Assembly: GCA_049970495.1 (NCBI GenBank)
Contig: JBMFMV010000003.1
Span: forward strand, 1-64,000
Length of the DNA: 64,000 nt
Direction of reading: 5' to 3'
From: a bacterium
Lineage (GTDB): Bacteria > DUMJ01
The notes below the pieces were generated by a model, which did not search any database, was not told where the DNA came from, and saw only the letters and a program-made list of their open reading frames with translations. Shown here one piece after another: positions 9,639 to 18,992 of this stretch. The position numbers and the translations under genes are program-made. Numbering within the stretch: position 1 is the stretch's first letter; the number at the start of each line of letters is the position of its first letter.

Positions 9639-10451
9639 TTATTCACTTGCTAGCTTAAAGATTCTTTCTAGCTTTTTTTCTTCCCAATTTTTTATAAGAT
9701 CTTCTACTTCTCCTAGAAAATTTCTGTATCCCCTTATAGCATTTATTACATTATGTCTGTTGGTGTATAAAATATCTCGCCACACAGAGAAACTACTCTG
9801 TGCTAACCTTGTCATATCTTTATAGCCTCTACCAGAATAGACTATATTTCCATTAACTGTCTCTTTAGCTACTACACTAAGACAAGTTGAGATTATCTGT
9901 GGAAGATGACTTATGTAGGCTACAAGTTTATCGTGGTCGTCTGGATTAATAAAAACAGGATTAGCTCCAAGAGACTCTACAATCTGCTTTACAGCTGTAG
10001 CAGTTTCTTGAGATGTATAATTAGTAGGGGTTAAGAAATATGTAGCATTTACAAAGAGATCCCTTTTTGCATAGTCTATTCCAGTTTTCTCTGAGCCGGC
10101 CATAGGATGTCCACCTATAAACCGGGCTAGTTTTTCTTTTGGCAGATCTTCTAGCTCCTTTATTATAAATCCCTTAGTACTTGCCACATCTGTTACTACT
10201 GTACTTTTAGTCTTTTCTAGTACCAACTTAACAAAACACGGCACAACCGATACTACTGTGCACACAAAGATCATATCTAATTCTGGTGGAGAATCCAAAG
10301 GGGCTACCTCATCAATTATATTCATCTTCAAAGCCTTCTCTAATGGCTCTTTTGACCTATTCATCCCAATGACCTTATACCCTTTTTCTCTAAGAGAAAG
10401 GGCAAGAGACCCCCCTATAATACCTAGCCCTATTATTCCTATTGACTTCAT
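9639..10451 (-). CDS. tyrA: Prephenate/arogenate dehydrogenase
   Basis: GLGIIGGS Rossmann motif, TDVASTK, GGHPMAGSE, HDKLVAYISHLPQ. Confidence 0.92.
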   Translation of the reverse strand: MKSIGIIGLGIIGGSLALSLREKGYKVIGMNRSKEPLEKALKMNIIDEVAPLDSPPELDMIFVCTVVSVVPCFVKLVLEKTKSTVVTDVASTKGFIIKELEDLPKEKLARFIGGHPMAGSEKTGIDYAKRDLFVNATYFLTPTNYTSQETATAVKQIVESLGANPVFINPDDHDKLVAYISHLPQIISTCLSVVAKETVNGNIVYSGRGYKDMTRLAQSSFSVWRDILYTNRHNVINAIRGYRNFLGEVEDLIKNWEEKKLERIFKLASE

Positions 10452-11470
10452 ATACTTCTTCCAACTGCTTCCGCTACTTTTGCTAGCTCTCTCATTAGTG
10501 TTTGGAACATAGGAATATTTAGAGATTGTGCTCCATCAGAAAGGGCTTTTGCCGGTTCTGGATGGACTTCTATTATCAGCCCATCGGCACCTGCAGCTAT
10601 TGCTGCCTTTGCCATAGGAGGGACTAACTGCCATCTCCCTGTACCGTGACTAGGGTCTACTATAACAGGTAGATGACTGAGTTCATGTAGAAGGGGAACT
10701 GCTGTTAAGTCTAATGTAAATCTTGTAGCTTGCTCAAAAGTCCTAATACCTCTTTCACAAAGTATTACCTGATGGTTTCCTCTAGACATAATATACTCTG
10801 CAGCTAAGAGAAATTCTTCTATGGTTGAGCTTAATCCTCGTTTCAAGAGGACAGGTAACCTAGTCTTACCCACTTCAGTTAAAAGAGGAAAGTTGCTCAT
10901 ATTTCGTGTACCTATCTGAAGTATATCTGCATATTGACTTACAAGCTCTACATCTCTAGGATCAAGTACTTCGGTTACTATAGGTAAACCTACCTCTTTC
11001 CCTGCTTGATAGAGTAACTTAAGTCCTTCTTCCCCTAGCCCTTGGAAGCTGTACGGAGAAGTTCTAGGTTTAAATGCCCCTCCTCTTAATATCTTGGCAT
11101 TTGCTGCTTTTATTGCTCTAGCTGTAAGCATAATGTTATCTTCATTTTCTACTGCGCAAGGACCAGCCATCACTATTACCTCATTCCCACCTATCACTAC
11201 CCCTTTCACATTTATCTGTGTCCCCTCTTTCTTCCATTCTCTACTAGCAAGTTTATACGGTTTTAAGATAGGAATAACTTTTTCTACGCTAGGAAGAGAC
11301 TCTAACTGCTGAGCTAGTAATAGTTTGTGCTCATCTTTAGCTCCGATAACACCTATAATTGTTTTTTCTACCCCTCTAGAGACATTTACCCCATATCCTA
11401 GACTTTTGACCCTTTCACATATCAGTTCTATATCTCTTTCAGTGGCATTATCGGATAGTACTATTACCAT
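10448..11470 (-). CDS. aroF: DAHP synthase type I-beta with N-terminal ACT-like regulatory domain
   Basis: MAGPCAVE, RGGAFKPRTSPYSFQGLG, CERGIRTFE, DPSHGTG. Confidence 0.95.
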   Translation of the reverse strand: MVIVLSDNATERDIELICERVKSLGYGVNVSRGVEKTIIGVIGAKDEHKLLLAQQLESLPSVEKVIPILKPYKLASREWKKEGTQINVKGVVIGGNEVIVMAGPCAVENEDNIMLTARAIKAANAKILRGGAFKPRTSPYSFQGLGEEGLKLLYQAGKEVGLPIVTEVLDPRDVELVSQYADILQIGTRNMSNFPLLTEVGKTRLPVLLKRGLSSTIEEFLLAAEYIMSRGNHQVILCERGIRTFEQATRFTLDLTAVPLLHELSHLPVIVDPSHGTGRWQLVPPMAKAAIAAGADGLIIEVHPEPAKALSDGAQSLNIPMFQTLMRELAKVAEAVGRSI

Positions 11471-11510
11471 GTTTGCCTCTCTTATACATTCGTAAAGTCC
11501 CGGAGTTCAA

Positions 11511-12557
11511 TCATTTTAGTATACCTCCTAATATTTCTGGCGTTATATTCTTGAATTCTCTTACATCCCCTATTTTTATTGGGATTATAAACGACAATGA
11601 GCTTGTAGTAGCTTTTTTATCTATATAGAAATATGACATTAGGTCTTGAGGATTTAAGTTTTTGAGTTCTGTTGGCAAGTTAAATCTCTCCAAGAGCGAT
11701 CTTACCCTTTCTTTTAAAGAAGGCTCTGTAACCCCAAGCGCTTCTCCAAGTTTAATGGCATACATAATACCTATCGCTACCGCTTCTCCATGTAAATATT
11801 TTTTATAATTAGTAGCCGATTCTATAGCATGGGCAAATGTATGTCCTAGATTTAAAATCTTTCTTATAGCCTTATCTCTCTCATCCATCTTTACTATCTT
11901 TGCCTTTACTCTAATAGCCTTTTCTATAGCAGTAATTAAGGGATATCTACCTCGTTCGAGGATAGAGAAGAAGCCTTCTCCATCTATGATTCCTGCCTTT
12001 ATTATTTCAGCCCATCCTGAATTGAGCTCTCTTTTGGGAAGAGTCTCTAAAAGGTTGACATCTATCAAAACCCCTTTGGGCTGATAGAATGCACCTACTA
12101 GGTTTTTCCCCTCTCTAAGATTTACCGCCACCTTTCCTCCAATGCTAGCATCGACTTGGGCTAGTAAGGTCGTTGGTATCTGATAAAAGTCTATGCCTCG
12201 CATGTAGGTAGCAGCTATAAATCCTCCTGTATCACAGATGACTCCACCACCTAGATTTATAATACAGTCACTTCGGGTGAATTTGTTCTCTACTAAAGTT
12301 TTATATCCCTTTTCTACAGATTTTAATGTCTTATATCTTTCGCCATCAGGTAGTACTAATGTATCTACCTTTACGAATCCACCCTTAATAGAATCTAATA
12401 CCTTCTTTCCATAGAGGTTCCATACTGTATTATTAGTTATAACTAGAGCCTTTCTATCCTCTTTAGATGGAAAGAAGACGTTAAACTTCTCTATAATACC
12501 TCTACCTATATAGATATTATAGCTATTATCCTTTAGCTTTACTTTTATTGTCCCCAT
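11511..12557 (-). CDS. aroB: 3-dehydroquinate synthase
   Basis: LGGGVICD, PTTLLAQVDASIGGK, KNLVGAFYQP, LNLGHTFAHAIE. Confidence 0.96.
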   Translation of the reverse strand: MGTIKVKLKDNSYNIYIGRGIIEKFNVFFPSKEDRKALVITNNTVWNLYGKKVLDSIKGGFVKVDTLVLPDGERYKTLKSVEKGYKTLVENKFTRSDCIINLGGGVICDTGGFIAATYMRGIDFYQIPTTLLAQVDASIGGKVAVNLREGKNLVGAFYQPKGVLIDVNLLETLPKRELNSGWAEIIKAGIIDGEGFFSILERGRYPLITAIEKAIRVKAKIVKMDERDKAIRKILNLGHTFAHAIESATNYKKYLHGEAVAIGIMYAIKLGEALGVTEPSLKERVRSLLERFNLPTELKNLNPQDLMSYFYIDKKATTSSLSFIIPIKIGDVREFKNITPEILGGILK

Positions 12558-12569
12558 AGGTTAAAGATT

Positions 12570-12598
12570 ATTATATTGATTGGGATAAAACATAGCAA
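12570..12598 (-). promoter_or_regulatory. Putative sigma70-type promoter for aroB-aroF-tyrA
   Basis: Minus strand TTGCTA-N17-TATAAT; -10 ends 12 nt before the ATG; no SD. Confidence 0.55.
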
Positions 12599-12646
12599 AT
12601 CGATTCCGAATAAATAATATGTTCAAGCTTAGAGGAATTGAACTCC

Positions 12647-13165
12647 CTAGATTCTTTCCTCTATTATTTGTAAAATCTCAGCAATGACTTCTTCAGGGCT
12701 TTTTGTCGCATCTATTATGTAGTTGGCTGTCTCTTTATACAGAGATTCTCTTTGTAAAAGAAGAGAACGAACTTTTACTTCTCTATCCCCCTCTAACAAA
12801 GGTCTTGTCCTGTCGTTTTCTGTTCTACTCAGCACAGTTTCTGGATTTACTTTTAGCCAAAATACTAGGCCCTTTTCTCTTAGAGCTTCCCTTACATTTT
12901 CTCTAGTTACACATCCTCCCCCTGTTGCTATTACAGTATTTTTGTCCTCAATGGCTTTTAGAATAGTCCTCTCTTCGATGTTTCTGAAATATACTTCCCC
13001 GTATCTTTTGAATATTTCGCTTATAGATAACCCTTCTCTCTCTTCTATAAGAATATCAGTATCAATGAAATTTCTATTTAAGATTCTAGCTAACTCTTTC
13101 CCTATGGTTGTCTTGCCTGAAGCCATAAAACCTATTAAGATAATGGGTTTACAGGGACCTAACAT
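12647..13165 (-). CDS. aroK: Shikimate kinase
   Basis: GFMASGKTT, VIATGGG, RPLL. Confidence 0.95.
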   Translation of the reverse strand: MLGPCKPIILIGFMASGKTTIGKELARILNRNFIDTDILIEEREGLSISEIFKRYGEVYFRNIEERTILKAIEDKNTVIATGGGCVTRENVREALREKGLVFWLKVNPETVLSRTENDRTRPLLEGDREVKVRSLLLQRESLYKETANYIIDATKSPEEVIAEILQIIEERI

Positions 13166-14279
13166 AGTCTACATACTGAAAAAATCTAGATTTCAATTCT
13201 TCTATTGTATTTCCACCAAATTCTTCTAGGATTTTGTCAGCTAGAACCCAGGCTAACATTGCCTCTGCAATTACACCCGCAGAGGGAACTATGCATACAT
13301 CACTTCTTACAACAGCTGCTTCAGTTTCTTCTTTAGTAATTATATCTATACTTGGTAAGGGCTTTCTCAAGGTTGGAACTGGTTTTACTGCTCCCTTTAC
13401 AATAATAGGTTCCCCATTAGTCATACCACCTTCGATACCCCCTGCAAAGTTGGTCTCTCTATAAAATGGCCAGGGAAGACGTGATTTTTTATATTTTATT
13501 ACATCTAGGACTTTAGAACCAAAATTCTCTGCGCTATAAAGACCTTTTCCTATCTCCACACCTTTGACACTAGGAATACTCATTATAGCTTGAGCTATTA
13601 GACCATCTAACCTTTTATCCCAATGGGTATAGGTTCCAATTCCTGGTGGAACATTAAGAGCTATTACTTCAAATATTCCACCTAAGGTATCCCCTTTTTC
13701 TGTTGCTTCATCTATAAGATCGATCATTTTCTCTGATATTTCTTTATCCGGACATCTTACAGGAGACTCATCGATTAATCTTTCTGCGCTTTCGTCGCCC
13801 GTATCTATATCTTTCTCAAGCTTTACATTTCCAATAGCTCTTGTAAAGCTTAGAATCTTTATTCCTAACTCTTTTAAGAGTTTTTTTGCTACTGCTCCAG
13901 CCATAACCCTGCTAGCGGTTTCTCTTGCGCTTGCCCTTTCCCATATATCTCTTATATCGTTAGTATGATATTTTATAACCCCTGGGAGGTCAGCGTGCCC
14001 TGGCCTAGGTATAAATATAGAAGTTTGCTCCTTTTGCCAATCTGTATTTAAAAGGACTATAGATATTGGACTTCCTATAGTCTTACCATTTCTTACTCCA
14101 GAGTATATCTGGCACCTTTCAGATTCTATCGACATCCTTTTTCCTCTCCCGTATCCTTGTCTTCTTCTATCTAACTCTATGTTTATATCATCTTCTGATA
14201 ATGAGATACCACATGGGATACCTTCTATTATAGTTACAAGTGCCTTTCCATGAGATTCTCCAGCAGTAAGAAACCTCAT
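13149..14279 (-). CDS. aroC: Chorismate synthase
   Basis: TAGESHG, PRPGHAD, ERASARETA, GGIEGGMTNG, RSDVC. Confidence 0.97.
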   Translation of the reverse strand: MRFLTAGESHGKALVTIIEGIPCGISLSEDDINIELDRRRQGYGRGKRMSIESERCQIYSGVRNGKTIGSPISIVLLNTDWQKEQTSIFIPRPGHADLPGVIKYHTNDIRDIWERASARETASRVMAGAVAKKLLKELGIKILSFTRAIGNVKLEKDIDTGDESAERLIDESPVRCPDKEISEKMIDLIDEATEKGDTLGGIFEVIALNVPPGIGTYTHWDKRLDGLIAQAIMSIPSVKGVEIGKGLYSAENFGSKVLDVIKYKKSRLPWPFYRETNFAGGIEGGMTNGEPIIVKGAVKPVPTLRKPLPSIDIITKEETEAAVVRSDVCIVPSAGVIAEAMLAWVLADKILEEFGGNTIEELKSRFFQYVDYVRSL

Positions 14280-15112
14280 AAGTATTCTTTAATCGCCTCC
14301 TCCATTATCTCTACTGGTGGCTCTATACCTGTCCATATCTTAAAGGATGCTGCCCCTTGATATACTAACATCTTTATCCCATTTAGAGTTTTTGCCCCTA
14401 GCGTCTCTGCCACCTTAAGAAATTCAGTCTTAGGCGGATTATACACTAGGTCTATAGCAGTTGTCTCCTTTCCAATTATAGAGCCGGGGATTCTTAAACT
14501 CTCTTCAATACCTTCCATACCAAGAGGTGTAGCATTTACTATGACGTCTATAATTCCTAATGAATCTAAATTACTGAATGGGATAAATATTATCTCTTTA
14601 TTGAATAGATCAGTTAAGAATTCTATAAGTTGCCTAGCTCTTTCTTCTGTTCTGTTTGTTATAAATAATCTCTTCACATTGAGTCTACATAAACTATACG
14701 CTACCGCTTTGCCTGCTCCGCCAGCTCCTATAAGTAGGGCTGAAGAATTGGTTATATCTAGCCCTTCTAGACACTTTTCAAAACCAAATACGTCCGTATT
14801 ATATCCTACAAGTTTTTCTTCAGTTATCTTTATTGTATTTACCGCCTTCAAGACTTTTGCTTCTTCTGATAGCTCATCTAAATAGGAGATAACTGCAGTC
14901 TTATGAGGTATGGTGACATTAACACCAAGAATATTTGTATACCTAAGAGACTTTATAAAGGGTCCTATACCTTCTGGTTTTATATCAAGAGCAATATAGC
15001 AGCAGTCCATACCAAGCTCCTTAAATACTCTGTTATGCATTATTGGTGACATACTATGTCTAATAGGGTGTCCTATTACTATTGCTATTTTAGTCGAACC
15101 TTTTATTTCCAT
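14276..15112 (-). CDS. aroE: Shikimate dehydrogenase
   Basis: GHPIRHSMSPIMHN, NVTIPHK, AVNT, NTD, GAGGA. Confidence 0.95.
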   Translation of the reverse strand: MEIKGSTKIAIVIGHPIRHSMSPIMHNRVFKELGMDCCYIALDIKPEGIGPFIKSLRYTNILGVNVTIPHKTAVISYLDELSEEAKVLKAVNTIKITEEKLVGYNTDVFGFEKCLEGLDITNSSALLIGAGGAGKAVAYSLCRLNVKRLFITNRTEERARQLIEFLTDLFNKEIIFIPFSNLDSLGIIDVIVNATPLGMEGIEESLRIPGSIIGKETTAIDLVYNPPKTEFLKVAETLGAKTLNGIKMLVYQGAASFKIWTGIEPPVEIMEEAIKEYL

Positions 15113-15120
15113 AATTCCCT

Positions 15121-15148
15121 ATTATAAATATCTTAGTAGGAATTTCAA
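15121..15148 (-). promoter_or_regulatory. Putative sigma70-type promoter for aroE-aroC-aroK
   Basis: Minus strand TTGAAA-N16-TATAAT, 8 nt before the ATG. Confidence 0.5.
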
Positions 15149-15285
15149 GTAAAATTCGATCCTAAAGTGTAATCACTTTATTAAAAGGGCTCCTTTCTAA
15201 TTTAGCTATGTACTTATACAAATTTACCGCTTTCGTCTTTCCTCAAAATTAAATCTTCCTGAAATACATATGATATTATTCATGG

Positions 15286-15417
15286 TTATATCTCTAGTTC
15301 ATTTAGGATGTTAGTTTTCTGTTTCTTAGAACCTTTACGATAGTTATAAGCGTTATGGATAATTATAGACATTTTCCCTTTCATGGTGTATACTCCTTCT
15401 GGGATAGTTGTAACCAT
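15286..15417 (-). pseudogene. Truncated transposase N-terminus (43 aa)
   Basis: SD AAGGAGG then MVTTIPEGVYTMKGKMSIIIHNAYNYRKGSKKQKTNILNELEI*; YRKxSKKxKxxILxE resembles the N-terminus of rve/ISNCY-type transposases (from memory). Confidence 0.6.
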
Positions 15418-15467
15418 CCTGTAGCCTCCTTTTTTAGAATAAATATAACATAAGCTACAGGATGGTT
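15412..15467. repeat. Perfect 14 bp inverted repeat covering the transposase start codon
   Basis: AACCATCCTGTAGC (15412-15425) / GCTACAGGATGGTT (15454-15467). Confidence 0.85.
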
Positions 15468-15535
15468 CTTCTTTTTACTAATTTTGAGGAAACAATCTAA
15501 TTTCGGGTAGATTATTTTTGAGGAATGTCGCTTTT

Positions 15536-15564
15536 TTGACTTTATAGAAGTTGGATGATAAAAT
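15536..15564 (+). promoter_or_regulatory. Sigma70-type promoter of the ferritin-family gene
   Basis: TTGACT-N17-TAAAAT with extended TGn. Confidence 0.7.
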
Positions 15565-15600
15565 TTATCTATAAACATTTTTAAATAGGAGGTGTTTTAG

Positions 15601-16032
15601 ATGGCTTATCAAAAAGTGAGTCAAGAACTTTTGAATCTACTTAATGATGCTATAGCTAGAGAGATACAAGTTTCTATCCAGTATATGTGGCAGCATATAC
15701 AGTGGAGAGGAGTAAAGGCATTTGCTGTTAAGGAAGAGTTTAGGAGTATTTCTATAGATGAGATGAAACATGCTGAGATAATAGCAGAGAGATTATTCTA
15801 CCTCGGTGGTATCCCAACTACTAAGCCTACACCTATATATGTTGGAAATAGTCTTAAAGAAATGTTAGAGCAGGACGTAAAAGATGAAGAGAACGCTATA
15901 GAGATGTATAAGAGGATAATATCTTTGGCTGATAAAGAGGGAGATACAACTACTGCTGAAATTTTTAGAGATATACTTGAGGATGAGGAAGAGCACCACG
16001 ATACTTTTAGTAGTTTGTTAGAAGAGTTATAA
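15601..16032 (+). CDS. Short bacterioferritin / ferritin-like diiron protein
   Basis: AREIQVSIQY, SIDEMKHAE, DEENAIEMY, DEEEHH ferroxidase ligands; 143 aa. Confidence 0.88.
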   Translation: MAYQKVSQELLNLLNDAIAREIQVSIQYMWQHIQWRGVKAFAVKEEFRSISIDEMKHAEIIAERLFYLGGIPTTKPTPIYVGNSLKEMLEQDVKDEENAIEMYKRIISLADKEGDTTTAEIFRDILEDEEEHHDTFSSLLEEL

Positions 16033-16043
16033 TTTAGATAAGA

Positions 16044-16078
16044 AAGTAGCGGACGGGATCTAGCCTTGTCCGCTACTT
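16044..16078 (+). terminator. Intrinsic terminator
   Basis: AAGTAGCGGACGGG / CTTGTCCGCTACTT stem followed by an AT-rich tail. Confidence 0.7.
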
Positions 16079-16095
16079 ATTAAAGGGTGAGTTTT

Positions 16096-17133
16096 ATGGA
16101 GAATGATAAGTATTTGAAGTGGTTTAAGGTTGGTTTAGGCGTAGCTATACTTTCCTCTAGCTCTCAGGTAAAAATTGGAGCTAAAGATATGCCTAAGCTA
16201 TACATTAGTAATTACTCTAGCAACTTTACGGTCGCCTCTAATACTCAGAATAGAGAGATCCATAGTATAGTCGATGTAAGTATCGTAAAGGAGAATACTG
16301 TTAGGGAGTCTGTAAGGAAGGCAGTTTCTATGGTTGGAGGATTAGATTTTATAAAACCTGGAGACACTGTCCTTGTCAAACCTAATGTAAACTCTGATGA
16401 CCCTTATCCTGGCACTACTAATCCCGAAGTAATTAGAGAGATAGTTTCTATGTGCTTTGAAAGTGGAGCTAGGAGGGTAATTGTTGCTGACCGCTCTGGT
16501 GTTCTCTGGCAGAATACTATGTATAATATGGAAAAAGTAGGAATAGCTCAAGCTGCTAGAGGGGCTGGCGCAGAAGTATTAGCTCTAGATAACGAAGAGT
16601 GGGTCCTTGTAAAGCCAAAAAGTTCTAAATACTGGGTTAATGGATTTAGAATTCCTAAAATAGTTACTGAAGTTGACCATATTATAAATGTTGCAGTAGT
16701 AAAGACTCATTCTATAGCAGACTTTTCTATGAGTTTAAAGAATTTTGTTGGTTTTATACATATGTCAGATAGGATGTTTATGCATAGTTCCGGTAATATA
16801 AAAGAGATGATTGCAGAGTTAAACCTTGCATTTAACCCAAAACTTAACATCCTTGATGCAACTAGGGTTTTTGTAAGGGGAGGGCCCGATAAGGGAGAAG
16901 TTAAAGAGCCAAGAGTTATTATTGCTTCTAGAAATAGAGTAGCAGCTGATATAGTTGGTTTAGCTCTCTTAAGGAGCTTAGGAACTACTACTGCAATTCA
17001 AGATAGAGATATATGGTCTCATCCTCAGATAAAAAGGGCTATAGAGCTTGATCTTGGTATTAAAGACTCATCTAGAATAAATCTTGTTGGAAGTAATGTG
17101 GATTTAGAAGAGATAAAAAGACTATCAAAATAG
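16096..17133 (+). CDS. DUF362 domain protein
   Basis: VLVKPNVN, TTNPEV, IINVAVVKTH, SLKNFVG, NRVAAD are typical of DUF362. Confidence 0.85.
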   Translation: MENDKYLKWFKVGLGVAILSSSSQVKIGAKDMPKLYISNYSSNFTVASNTQNREIHSIVDVSIVKENTVRESVRKAVSMVGGLDFIKPGDTVLVKPNVNSDDPYPGTTNPEVIREIVSMCFESGARRVIVADRSGVLWQNTMYNMEKVGIAQAARGAGAEVLALDNEEWVLVKPKSSKYWVNGFRIPKIVTEVDHIINVAVVKTHSIADFSMSLKNFVGFIHMSDRMFMHSSGNIKEMIAELNLAFNPKLNILDATRVFVRGGPDKGEVKEPRVIIASRNRVAADIVGLALLRSLGTTTAIQDRDIWSHPQIKRAIELDLGIKDSSRINLVGSNVDLEEIKRLSK

Positions 17134-17137
17134 ATTC

Positions 17138-17166
17138 TTGTAAATACCCCTTAGTTGTGGTATTAT
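17138..17166 (+). promoter_or_regulatory. Promoter of the rpmH operon
   Basis: TTGTAA-N17-TATTAT with extended TGn. Confidence 0.6.
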
Positions 17167-17197
17167 TTTCATTCGTAAGGATGGAAGGAGGTAGATA

Positions 17198-17338
17198 ATG
17201 AAGAAGACAGCCTTTCAAAGAAATAGAAAACCTAGAAAGACTACACATGGATTTTTGGCTAGGATGAGTACCCCTGGCGGTAGGAATGTTATTAAGCGTA
17301 GGAGAGCTAAAGGTAGACATAGATTAGTCCCGGTATAA
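17198..17338 (+). CDS. rpmH: 50S ribosomal protein L34 (not in the ORF track)
   Basis: [60 protein letters not shown] overlap with rnpA. Confidence 0.96.
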   Translation: MKKTAFQRNRKPRKTTHGFLARMSTPGGRNVIKRRRAKGRHRLVPV

Positions 17339-17691
17339 TGCTCCCCAGGGAGAAAAGATTATCCAAGTCAAAAGATATAAGAAATATATTGAGGTGTGGT
17401 AAAAGGTTAATAATGGATGGTATAAGTTTATATGTAGTTAGAGGAAGGGGTAGGATAGGATTTATTACTACTAAAGGTTTTGAAAATGCAGTTTTACGTA
17501 ATAGGGCTAAAAGAAGAGTAAGGGGGGCGTTTGAAGCAGAGCATTTTTCTATAGATAATTATGATCTACTCTTTGTTATAAGGCCTGAAGTATTGGAAGC
17601 TGATTTTGAAAAAATAAAGGAGATGATTAAGAGGCTTACTCTAAATATAAGAGATGAAGAAGATAGCTTTAGTTCTAATAAGATTTTATAA
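17338..17691 (+). CDS. rnpA: Ribonuclease P protein component
   Basis: [22 protein letters not shown] (RNR motif); synteny. Confidence 0.92.
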   Translation: MLPREKRLSKSKDIRNILRCGKRLIMDGISLYVVRGRGRIGFITTKGFENAVLRNRAKRRVRGAFEAEHFSIDNYDLLFVIRPEVLEADFEKIKEMIKRLTLNIRDEEDSFSSNKIL

Positions 17692-17863
17692 GTTATTTAT
17701 ATCGCCCTTATTGGGCAAAAACTGTAGGTTTTATCCAACCTGTTCTGAATATACGTATCAGGCTATAGAGAGATACGGATTAGTTAAAGGAATATTCTTA
17801 GGATTGAGACGTATCCTACGATGTAATCCATTTAATCCTGGTGGTTATGACCCACTATTATAA
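17654..17863 (+). CDS. yidD: Membrane protein insertion efficiency factor
   Basis: [25 protein letters not shown]. Confidence 0.95.
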   Translation: MKKIALVLIRFYKLFISPLLGKNCRFYPTCSEYTYQAIERYGLVKGIFLGLRRILRCNPFNPGGYDPLL

Positions 17864-17881
17864 TTAAGGAAGGTTGAAGGT

Positions 17882-18502
17882 ATGAATTACATAAACAATT
17901 TTATAATGAGCATATTAGATTTCTTTTACAACTTAACAGGTAACTATGGTGTTGCATTAATCTTATTTACTGTAATTGTAAAACTCATACTTTATCCGCT
18001 AACGCATCAACAATTTAAGGCTCTTAAAGAGCAACAGAGAATTCAGCCTGAGCTTAATAAGTTGAGAGAGAGGTATAAGGATGATCCACAGAAGTTAAAT
18101 CAGGAAATGATGGAGCTTTATAGGAGACACAGAATAAATCCTTTAGGGGGTTGCTTGCCTTTACTTATCCAATTTCCCATATTAGCCATACTCTATAGTG
18201 CTATAAATGCTTATTCTAGTAAGTTCGCCAATGCAAGCTTTTTGTGGATAAAAAGTTTAGCGTCGCCTGATCTTCCGCTACTTATTATATATGGAATCAG
18301 TATGGTAGCTTCTAGTTTTTTATCCTCACCTTTAAGTGAAGACCCATCGCAGCGTAGTAGTCAACTATTTATGAATATAGGCTTACCTATAATTTTTACT
18401 ATTTTATTTAAGAACTTTCCTTCTGCCTTTATACTTTATTGGTTTGTCTTCAATATCCTTACAACTATTCAGCAGGTATATGTAATGAGGGTACTAAAAT
18501 AG
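17882..18502 (+). CDS. yidC: Membrane protein insertase (minimal form)
   Basis: NYGVALILFT, LYPL, INPLGGCLPLLIQFPI, LYW. Confidence 0.93.
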   Translation: MNYINNFIMSILDFFYNLTGNYGVALILFTVIVKLILYPLTHQQFKALKEQQRIQPELNKLRERYKDDPQKLNQEMMELYRRHRINPLGGCLPLLIQFPILAILYSAINAYSSKFANASFLWIKSLASPDLPLLIIYGISMVASSFLSSPLSEDPSQRSSQLFMNIGLPIIFTILFKNFPSAFILYWFVFNILTTIQQVYVMRVLK

Positions 18503-18518
18503 TGGATGGAGGTTATAT

Positions 18519-18992
18519 ATGCTGAGACAGAAGCCTAGTATAGAAAGTCTTGCAAAGATGTTTATTAATCAATTACTTGGTCCATATAAACTTAAGTATG
18601 ATCTCTCTGTAGAACTAAAGGATAATATATACTGGGTAAATCTAAAAGGAGATGATGTATCCTTTCTTATAGGAAGGAAAGGGGTAATTTTATACTCTCT
18701 TCAGCATTTACTAAGACTCTACATTAGAAGAAGTATAGATGAAGAGGTAATGGTAACACTAGATATAAATGGATACAGAGCAGAGAAGGAGAGAAAACTT
18801 GTATTTTTAGCCAGAAAGGCTGCTTTTAGAGTCAAAAAGACAGGCAAGAGATTTGTTTTTAGACCTATGCCTGCAGCATTAAGAAGAATTATCCATAAGA
18901 CATTAGAGAATAATCCAGAAGTTATTACTTACAGTGAGGGAAAAGAGCCGAAGAGGAGGGTTATAGTGGTGTTAAAGCCCAAAAATGGATGA
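18519..18992 (+). CDS. jag: Jag/EloR (KH + R3H) RNA-binding protein
   Basis: LIGRKG, LDINGYR, RRIIH, SEGKEPKRRV. Confidence 0.88.
   Translation: MLRQKPSIESLAKMFINQLLGPYKLKYDLSVELKDNIYWVNLKGDDVSFLIGRKGVILYSLQHLLRLYIRRSIDEEVMVTLDINGYRAEKERKLVFLARKAAFRVKKTGKRFVFRPMPAALRRIIHKTLENNPEVITYSEGKEPKRRVIVVLKPKNG

Larger units (their letters stand above)
15234..15530. mobile_element. Internally deleted IS / MITE-like element (~297 bp)
   Basis: Imperfect terminal inverted repeats CGTCTTTCCTCAAAATTAAATCTTCCTGAAA and TTTCGGGTAGATTATTTTTGAGGAATGTCG; CTTT on both flanks (15230-15233, 15531-15534); internal transposase-like N-terminal fragment. Confidence 0.7.

Noticed and set aside
15195..15220. Additional IS481-like end (..TATGTACTTATACA), also a weak match at 9451-9480
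   Set aside because: Only short AT-rich similarity to the 34606 end; no adjacent transposase sequence recognised
15381..15578. 65 aa minus-strand ORF from the track
   Set aside because: No SD or recognisable motif; spans the MITE end and the ferritin promoter
17133..17198. oriC upstream of rpmH
   Set aside because: Only 64 nt, occupied by promoter and SD; no DnaA-box cluster and no dnaA
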